A model generated the notes under the pieces. The model searched no databases. It saw only the letters and a list, made by a program, of their open reading frames with translations, and was not told where the DNA came from. From an uncultured delta proteobacterium (GTDB lineage Bacteria > Desulfobacterota > Binatia > Binatales > Binataceae), in NCBI GenBank assembly GCA_963794325.1, contig CAWCDG010000004.1:1088001-1152000 (forward strand): DNA of 64,000 nt, in the 5' to 3' direction. The stretch's first letter is position 1. Each line of letters begins with the position of its first letter. A program made the translations under genes and the position numbers. This document shows, piece by piece, positions 57,417 to 64,000 of this stretch.

Positions 57417-58322
57417 ATGGAAATCGGATTCGTCGGTCTCGGCAAAATGGGCATGAACATGGTCGAGCGGCTGCGGCGCGACAATCATCAAATCGTGGCG
57501 TTCGATCTCGACGATGCAAAACGCAAAGAGGTCTCGACCTTCGGCGCCGACGGCGTCGATTCGCTGAAGGAGATGGTCGCCCGGCTCAAGCCGCCGCGTG
57601 GCGTGTGGGTGATGGTGCCGGCGGGCGAACCGACCGAGAGCACGATCAACCAGCTGGCGGAATTGCTCGAGCCCGGCGACGCGATTATCGACGGCGGGAA
57701 CACCAACTTTCACGACGACGTCCGCCGCGCTGCCGTGCTCGCCGCGAAAAAGCTCCATCTGGTCGATGTCGGCACCAGCGGCGGCATCTGGGGTCTCAAG
57801 CTCGGCTACTGCCAGATGATCGGCGGTGAGCTGGAAATTTTCAGGCGCTACGAACCGATTTTCAGAACGCTCGCACCGCCCGACGGATACGATCACGTCG
57901 GCGGGCACGGCGCGGGCCATTACGTGAAGATGGTCCACAACGGAATCGAGTACGGGCTGATGCAGGCGTACGCGGAGGGTTTCGAGGCGATGCACAAGTC
58001 GGACTACAAGTTCGATTTGCCGAAGATCGCCAACCTGTGGCGTCAAGGCAGCGTCGTGCGCTCGTGGCTGCTGGAGCTGACCGCCAACGCGCTCGAGAAA
58101 GATCCGGGGCTCAAGCAAATCCGCGGCTGGGTCGAGGATTCGGGCGAAGGCCGCTGGGCCGTTCAGGACGCAATCGACAAAAACATCTCGATGCCAGTGA
58201 TCACGATGGCGCTGTTCACGCGCTTTCGCTCACGCGCTGACAAGGGCGAAGGAACCTTCGGCGAGAAATTGCTCGCCGCCCTGCGCGACGAGTTCGGCGG
58301 CCACGGCGTCGTCAAGGAATAG
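57417..58322 (+). CDS. gnd: 6-phosphogluconate dehydrogenase (short decarboxylating type)
   Basis: GLGKMG, IDGGN, GTSGG, KMVHNGIEYG, DSGEGRW. Confidence 0.95.
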   Translation: MEIGFVGLGKMGMNMVERLRRDNHQIVAFDLDDAKRKEVSTFGADGVDSLKEMVARLKPPRGVWVMVPAGEPTESTINQLAELLEPGDAIIDGGNTNFHDDVRRAAVLAAKKLHLVDVGTSGGIWGLKLGYCQMIGGELEIFRRYEPIFRTLAPPDGYDHVGGHGAGHYVKMVHNGIEYGLMQAYAEGFEAMHKSDYKFDLPKIANLWRQGSVVRSWLLELTANALEKDPGLKQIRGWVEDSGEGRWAVQDAIDKNISMPVITMALFTRFRSRADKGEGTFGEKLLAALRDEFGGHGVVKE

Positions 58323-58346
58323 GTCCGCGAGGACGAAGTTATTTTT

Positions 58347-59885
58347 ATGGCCGTCACTGCAAACAGAAGCATCGATCTCAACCACCTGCACCCGCTTAAG
58401 GAACGCAATCAGTACGAACCATGCATCATCGTGATCTTCGGCGGCGCCGGTGATTTGAGCCATCGCAAACTGATTCCTGCGTTGTACAATCTCTCGATCG
58501 ACGGCGAATTGCCCGACAAGTTCGCGATCGTCGGATTCTCGATGGAGGATCTCGACGACGAAAAGTATCGCGCGTTCGCGCTCAGCGGCATCGAACAGTT
58601 TTCGCGCCGCCCGGTCGATAAAGAGCATTGGGCGAAGTTCGCCCCGATGCTGCACTTCGTTCGCGGCTCGTTTACCGAGTCCGCCGATTACCTGAAGCTG
58701 CGCAAACGATGCGAGGCGATCGACGAGGAGCGCGGCACCGAAGGCAATCGCGCGTACTACTTCGCGATTCCGCCGGCCTTCATCGACACCTGCTCGGAAG
58801 GATTGACTGCGGCGGGCATGATTCATTCGCCCGGCAGGGGGCAACCGTTCACGCGCGTCGTGGTCGAAAAGCCGATCGGTTCCGATCTCGCGAGCGCGTC
58901 GGAGATCAACGCGGAGCTCGCGCGCCATTTCGACGAGAGCCAGATTTTCAGAATCGATCACTATCTCGGCAAGGAAACCGTCGAGAATCTGATGGTGCTG
59001 CGATTCGCCAACGCCATCTTCGAGCCTATCTGGACGGCGCGTTTCGTCGATCATGTGCAAATTACCGTCGCGGAGTCCGAAGGCGTCGGCACCCGCGCGG
59101 CCTACTACGATCACGCCGGCGCCCTGCGCGACATGGTGCAGAGCCATCTGCTGCAAACGCTTTGCATGATCGCGACCGAGCCGCCCAACACCACCGGCGC
59201 CGAATCGATGCGCGACGCCAAGCTCGACGTGCTGCGCGCGCTGCGCCCGCTCGGCGACGAGGATATCGAGAAACGCGTCGTGCGCGGCCAGTACGGCGAG
59301 GGACTAATCGGCGGCGTGCCGGTCAAAGCCTATCGCGTCGAGGAGCACATCGCCCCGGACTCGCAAGTCGAAACCTTCGTCGCGTTGCGATGCTGGATCG
59401 ACAACTGGCGATGGGCCGGAGTGCCGTTCTACCTGCGCACCGGCAAGCGGCTGCCCAAGCGCTCGAGCGAAATTGCGATCTACTTCAACAACGTGCCCCG
59501 AATCCTGTATAACGCAAATCCACGCGCGCCGTTGGCGCCCAATATGCTCACCATCAGGATTCAGCCCGACGAGGGCCTCGCGCTGCACATTATGTCCAAG
59601 GTGCCCGGCTCGGCGACCAAGCTGCAGCAGGTCAAAGTCGATTTTCATTACGTGACTTCGACGCCCGAAGCGTACGAGACGCTGCTCAACGACGTGATCG
59701 TCGGCGACCAGACGCTCTTCATGCGGCGCGACACGGTCGAGGAAGCGTGGAAGTTCGTTCAGCCGATCCTCGACGCATGGGAACAGTCGCCGATGGATCC
59801 GCCAATCTATGCGGCCGGCTCGTGGGGACCGCTCGAAGCGGCTCTGATGATTGCGGCCGACGGGCGCACCTGGCGAACGCTTTAG
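58347..59885 (+). CDS. zwf: Glucose-6-phosphate dehydrogenase
   Basis: GGAGDL, EKP, RIDHYLGKE, RWAGVPFYLRTGK. Confidence 0.96.
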   Translation: MAVTANRSIDLNHLHPLKERNQYEPCIIVIFGGAGDLSHRKLIPALYNLSIDGELPDKFAIVGFSMEDLDDEKYRAFALSGIEQFSRRPVDKEHWAKFAPMLHFVRGSFTESADYLKLRKRCEAIDEERGTEGNRAYYFAIPPAFIDTCSEGLTAAGMIHSPGRGQPFTRVVVEKPIGSDLASASEINAELARHFDESQIFRIDHYLGKETVENLMVLRFANAIFEPIWTARFVDHVQITVAESEGVGTRAAYYDHAGALRDMVQSHLLQTLCMIATEPPNTTGAESMRDAKLDVLRALRPLGDEDIEKRVVRGQYGEGLIGGVPVKAYRVEEHIAPDSQVETFVALRCWIDNWRWAGVPFYLRTGKRLPKRSSEIAIYFNNVPRILYNANPRAPLAPNMLTIRIQPDEGLALHIMSKVPGSATKLQQVKVDFHYVTSTPEAYETLLNDVIVGDQTLFMRRDTVEEAWKFVQPILDAWEQSPMDPPIYAAGSWGPLEAALMIAADGRTWRTL

Positions 59886-59897
59886 CAGGAGAACCAC

Positions 59898-60896
59898 ATG
59901 AGCGGCGGCATCACTCTCACCCGTCACATCATGACCAAGAGCGGGACTGCGATCCCGGTCGCCGACCTCGCGCTGATAATGGAGCGCATCGAGCTGATCG
60001 CCAAGCGCATCACGCGCGAGCTGGCAGCCGCGGGCCTCAGCGACGAGCTCGGCTATACCGGCGAGACCAACGTGCAGGGTGAGAAGGTCAAGAAGCTTGA
60101 CCAATGGGGCAACCAGGTTTTCCTCGACGCCTTCGAGCACGGATACCCGGTATGCAGTCTCATTTCCGAAGAGATGGACGAGCCCCACCATTACTCAGTC
60201 AACTGCCGCGACAATAGCTACTGCATACTCTACGATCCGATCGACGGGTCATCGAACACCGACGTAAACGGATCGCTCGGCACTATCTTCGCGGTCAAGA
60301 AACGCGCCCCGAAGCACGCCAAAGGAATCGACGACATCCTCGTGCCGGGAACCAAGCAAGTCATTGCGGGCTATATTCTATATGGGCCTGCGGCGCAGCT
60401 CGTGTACACCGCCGGCGACGGTGTCGACGTCTTCACGCTCGATCGAACGCTCGGCGAGTTCATTCTCTGGAAAGAAAACGTGAAGATGCCGCCGCACGGC
60501 AGTACCTATGCCGTCAACCAGGCCAATGCGGGCAAGTGGCACGAGGGGGCGCGCAAGTTCATTGCGCATATTACTAGTCGCAAAGACAAGCGAACTACCT
60601 ATTCACTTCGATACTGCGGTGCGTTCGCCGCCGACTTCCATCGATGCTTGCTCGAGGGCGGAATTTATATGTACCCCGGCGAGGTTGCGGAGGGCGGCAA
60701 GGCCAAGGGCAAGCTCCGCCTGATGTACGAACTCGCGCCGCTCTCGATGCTCGCGGAGCAGGCGGGGGGTCGCGGCTCGACCGGCAAACAGCGGATTCTC
60801 GACATAGCTGCGACTGCGATCCACGAGCGGCATCCAATTTACATCGGCAGCGCAGAGGAAGTGGCGCTGGCCGAGTCGTTCAAAGTCGAAGGCTGA
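59898..60896 (+). CDS. fbp: Class 1 fructose-1,6-bisphosphatase
   Basis: NVQGE..KKLD, SEE, DPIDGSSN, GKLRLMYE. Confidence 0.95.
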   Translation: MSGGITLTRHIMTKSGTAIPVADLALIMERIELIAKRITRELAAAGLSDELGYTGETNVQGEKVKKLDQWGNQVFLDAFEHGYPVCSLISEEMDEPHHYSVNCRDNSYCILYDPIDGSSNTDVNGSLGTIFAVKKRAPKHAKGIDDILVPGTKQVIAGYILYGPAAQLVYTAGDGVDVFTLDRTLGEFILWKENVKMPPHGSTYAVNQANAGKWHEGARKFIAHITSRKDKRTTYSLRYCGAFAADFHRCLLEGGIYMYPGEVAEGGKAKGKLRLMYELAPLSMLAEQAGGRGSTGKQRILDIAATAIHERHPIYIGSAEEVALAESFKVEG

Positions 60897-60913
60897 AGCT
60901 GGCGAGGTTCCCA

Positions 60914-61906
60914 ATGGATGGGCTCATCCTGGCCGGCGATGTCGGCGGAACCAAAACTCATCTCGGGCTCTTCAAACATTCGGCGGAGATTCTCGAGCTC
61001 GTGCGCGAGCATCGCTACGCGACTGCGGATTTCGACAGCCTCGAAGCAGTCTGCGCGGATTTCCTCGGCGCAAGCGACGCAGTGAACGCCGCATGCATCG
61101 GCGTGCCGGGACCGATAATCGACGGCCGCGGGCACGCCACCAATGTACCCTGGCTACTCTCCGCCGCATCCCTGTCGCACGCCCTCAACGGCGTCCCGGT
61201 GCGCCTGCTCAACGATCTCGCGGCGATCGCCTACGGCATGATTCATCTTAAACCCGGCGAGTTCGCGGTTTTGCATAGCGCGGAGAATCCACCTGAGCAC
61301 GGCAATATCGCGGTGATCGCGGCGGGCACCGGTCTGGGCGAATCCGCGCTGGTCTGGGAGGACAACCAAAACAAGTTTTACGCGGTCGCTTCCGAGGGCG
61401 GCCACAGCGACTTCGCGCCGCACGGCGCTGAGCAGATCGACCTGCTGCGATTTCTCACCGACGAATTCGGACACGTCAGCTACGAGCGCGTCCTCTCGGG
61501 TCCGGGTCTCTGGAACATCTATCGATTTTTGCGGCGCAAGAGCCGCGACCAAGAGCCCGATTGGCTGAAGGCGCAGATCGCAGCCGGCGATCCGTCGGCA
61601 GCGGTGAGCGATGCGGCGCTCGCGGGCCGCGACCCCCTATGTGTTCACGCCCTCACCATGTTTTGCGATATTTACGGTTCGGAGGCCGCCAACCTTGCGC
61701 TCAAAGTCCTGGCGCTCAGTGGCGTCTATATCGGCGGAGGCATCGCGCCGAAAATTTTGGCCATGCTGACCAGCGGCGCGTTCGTGAAAGGATTCATGGC
61801 CAAGGGCCGGCTGAACGAGATTCTGAAGCGTATCGAGGTCCGCGTCTCGCTGAATCCAGCCGCCGGCCTCCTCGGCGCAGCCCATTATGCGGCCGCGATG
61901 TTGTGA
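60914..61906 (+). CDS. glk: Glucokinase
   Basis: GDVGGTK, LLND, AGTGLG, SEGGH, ERVLSGPGL; ATG at 60914. Confidence 0.95.
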   Translation: MDGLILAGDVGGTKTHLGLFKHSAEILELVREHRYATADFDSLEAVCADFLGASDAVNAACIGVPGPIIDGRGHATNVPWLLSAASLSHALNGVPVRLLNDLAAIAYGMIHLKPGEFAVLHSAENPPEHGNIAVIAAGTGLGESALVWEDNQNKFYAVASEGGHSDFAPHGAEQIDLLRFLTDEFGHVSYERVLSGPGLWNIYRFLRRKSRDQEPDWLKAQIAAGDPSAAVSDAALAGRDPLCVHALTMFCDIYGSEAANLALKVLALSGVYIGGGIAPKILAMLTSGAFVKGFMAKGRLNEILKRIEVRVSLNPAAGLLGAAHYAAAML

Positions 61907-61954
61907 TATAGGAATGCAAACTGCAACGACACTCCCGACGGGAGACAGGGGCAT

Positions 61955-62869
61955 ATGACCAAGCGAGTTCGAGAGATTCTCAGCTACTACGATTCCGATA
62001 ACGGCAGCGTGCGTAACAACCTGTCGCGGATGCTCAATAACGGCAAGCTCGCGGGCACCGGCAAATTCGTCATCCTGCCCGTCGACCAGGGCTTCGAGCA
62101 CGGCCCGGCGCGCAGCTTCGCGATGAATCCGCCGGCGTACGATCCGCGTTATCACTTTCAGCTCGCGATCGACGCGGGATGCAACGCATTTGCGGCGCCG
62201 CTCGGACTCCTGGAGGCGGGAGTCGCCGAATATGCCGGCGAGATTCCGCTCATCCTGAAGGTCAATAACCACGACGTTCTCAACGACGAAAAGGATCCCG
62301 CGCCCTCGATGACCGCCAGCGTCAAGGACGCTCTGCGCCTCGGCGCCGCCGCGGTCGGCCTGACGATCTACCCGGGCTCACAGAAGGAAAAATCGATGTA
62401 CGAGGAGGCGCGCGCGATCGGCGAAGAGGCCAAAGCCAACGGACTCCCGCTGGTCATCTGGTCGTACCCGCGCGGCTCCGGCATCAGCAAGCAGGGCGAG
62501 ACCGCGCTCGACGTCGTCGCGTATGCGGCGCAAATCGCGGCGCAGCTCGGCGCCAATATTATCAAGGTCAAGCCGCCGACCGCTTTCATCGAACAAGCCG
62601 AGGCCAAAAAAGTTTACGACGCGCAAAAAATTCCGCTCGAGCCGCTGTCGGCGCGCATCGCGCACGTCATGCAGGCCGCATTCGCCGGCCGGCGCATCGT
62701 GATTTTCTCGGGCGGCGTCAAGGAGACCGACGATTCGCTGCTCAATACCGTTCGCGGGATTCAGGCCGGCGGCGGCTACGGATCGATCATCGGCCGCAAC
62801 AGTTTCCAGCGTCCCAAACCCGAAGCGATCGCGCTGCTCAACAAGGTCATCGACATTTACAAGGGCTGA
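61955..62869 (+). CDS. fbaB: Class I fructose-bisphosphate aldolase (DhnA type)
   Basis: LPVDQGFEHGP, WSYPRG, IIKVK, SIIGRN. Confidence 0.92.
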   Translation: MTKRVREILSYYDSDNGSVRNNLSRMLNNGKLAGTGKFVILPVDQGFEHGPARSFAMNPPAYDPRYHFQLAIDAGCNAFAAPLGLLEAGVAEYAGEIPLILKVNNHDVLNDEKDPAPSMTASVKDALRLGAAAVGLTIYPGSQKEKSMYEEARAIGEEAKANGLPLVIWSYPRGSGISKQGETALDVVAYAAQIAAQLGANIIKVKPPTAFIEQAEAKKVYDAQKIPLEPLSARIAHVMQAAFAGRRIVIFSGGVKETDDSLLNTVRGIQAGGGYGSIIGRNSFQRPKPEAIALLNKVIDIYKG

Positions 62870-62875
62870 TCGACC

Positions 62876-63685
62876 ATGCAGTACACCGAGTACCAGCATC
62901 TCCTGTTCGAGCGGAAGGACGACGGCATCCTGCTCATCACGATCAATCGTCCTGAAGTTCTCAACGCCACAAACAACCGCCTGCATTGGGAGTTGAGCCG
63001 CGTCTGGCTCGACATCGCCGACGACGACGAGACCAACGTGATCGTCGTGACCGGCGCCGGACGCGCGTTCTCAGCCGGCGGCGACCTCGACATGATTCAG
63101 AGTATGGCCGCGAGCGCGGGCAACATCGGCAAGGCGTGGAAGGAAGCCGGCGACATCGTCTACAACATGATCAATCTCGACAAGCCGATCATCTCGGCGA
63201 TCAACGGCGTCGCCGTCGGCGCGGGATTGGCGGTCGCGTTCATGGCGGATATCAGCATCGCATCCGAGACGATGCGCATCACCGACGGACATCTGCGGCT
63301 CGGCGTCTCAGCCGGCGATCACGCGGTGATTATCTGGCCGCTGCTGTGCGGGATGGCGAAGGCGAAGTACTACCTGATGACTGCGGATTTCGTCGACGGC
63401 AAGGAAGCCGAGCGCATCGGGCTGGTCAGCCTGTGCGTCCCCGTCGACAAGCTCATGGACAAGGCGATGGAAGTTGCGCGCAAGCTGGCGCGCGGCCCGC
63501 AGCAGGCGGTGCGATTCACGAAACGCTCGCTCAACAACTGGCTGCGAGTCGCCGGCCCGGCCTTCGACGCGTCACTGGCGATGGAGATGATGGGATTCTT
63601 CAGCGCGGACCTGAAGGAGGGAGTCGCCGCATTGCAGGAGAAGCGCCAACCTTCCTTTCCGGGCTTCGGCAAACCGAAATCCTGA
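62876..63685 (+). CDS. Enoyl-CoA hydratase/isomerase family
   Basis: AFSAGGDL, INGVAVGAG, DGHLRLG..AGDH. Confidence 0.9.
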   Translation: MQYTEYQHLLFERKDDGILLITINRPEVLNATNNRLHWELSRVWLDIADDDETNVIVVTGAGRAFSAGGDLDMIQSMAASAGNIGKAWKEAGDIVYNMINLDKPIISAINGVAVGAGLAVAFMADISIASETMRITDGHLRLGVSAGDHAVIIWPLLCGMAKAKYYLMTADFVDGKEAERIGLVSLCVPVDKLMDKAMEVARKLARGPQQAVRFTKRSLNNWLRVAGPAFDASLAMEMMGFFSADLKEGVAALQEKRQPSFPGFGKPKS

Positions 63686-63697
63686 TCCAGGCGAGAA

Positions 63698-64000
63698 TTA
63701 AGCGGCGACTCGCACGACAGCGCGCAGGCGAGAACGCGGCTTCGGCCTGATCCTGATTTCCACGTCCTGGTCGAGCGCGGCGAGAAATCTAATCATCCGC
63801 GCGATCGAATAGCCGCGCGTCTTTCCATTCATGAGCTCGCAGACTTTGGGTTGATCGACGCCCAGGACGCGAGCCGCGGCGCGCTGGCTCAGCTTTCTTT
63901 CACGAATGATCGCGATAATGCGGCGAAGCAGTTCGGTCTCGATCGCTAGATCATCGGCGTTGGCGAAACCCAGGTCGGCAAAGACATTTCCGCTGCCCGT
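63698..64000 (-). CDS. XRE/HTH_37 regulator (HigA-like antitoxin), 5'-partial; absent from the ORF track
   Basis: Manual translation gives GSGNVFADLGF...KLSQRAAARVLGVDQPKVCELMNG...FLAALDQDVEI. Confidence 0.85.
   Translation of the reverse strand, partial: TGSGNVFADLGFANADDLAIETELLRRIIAIIRERKLSQRAAARVLGVDQPKVCELMNGKTRGYSIARMIRFLAALDQDVEIRIRPKPRSRLRAVVRVAA

Noticed and set aside
63698-64000. Complete toxin-antitoxin locus
   Set aside because: Only the HTH gene's 3' part is visible; any toxin lies outside the window

Overview
GC-rich bacterial chromosomal window, about 65 genes, mostly core or metabolic. The gene content resembles soil Deltaproteobacteria-like or Candidatus Binatia genomes; this is inference only. 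No rRNA, tRNA, CRISPR array, transposase or integrase was seen. Recognisable genes: pstS, a UvrD/PcrA helicase, yjbQ, fabI, gloB, ftsB, guaB, ddl, rdgB, thyX, pyrD, pcp, and a gnd-zwf-fbp-glk-fbaB cluster. Highlights: (1) a strong-promoter, ~320-nt structured transcript encoding a 34-aa Lys-rich peptide, with 5'/3' UTR complementarity; (2) a VWA/FHA/Ser-Thr kinase/pseudokinase-PP2C operon bracketed by ~120-bp direct repeats; (3) a leaderless uORF plus terminator upstream of guaB; (4) several interspersed palindromic REP-like families, one copy apparently split by a MAPEG+LysR cassette and others enclosing a small accessory islet; (5) tandem paralogous lipoproteins; (6) several apparent pseudo-enzyme domains; (7) two single-G frameshifts. 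All functional calls come from motif recognition by eye; no database search was run.
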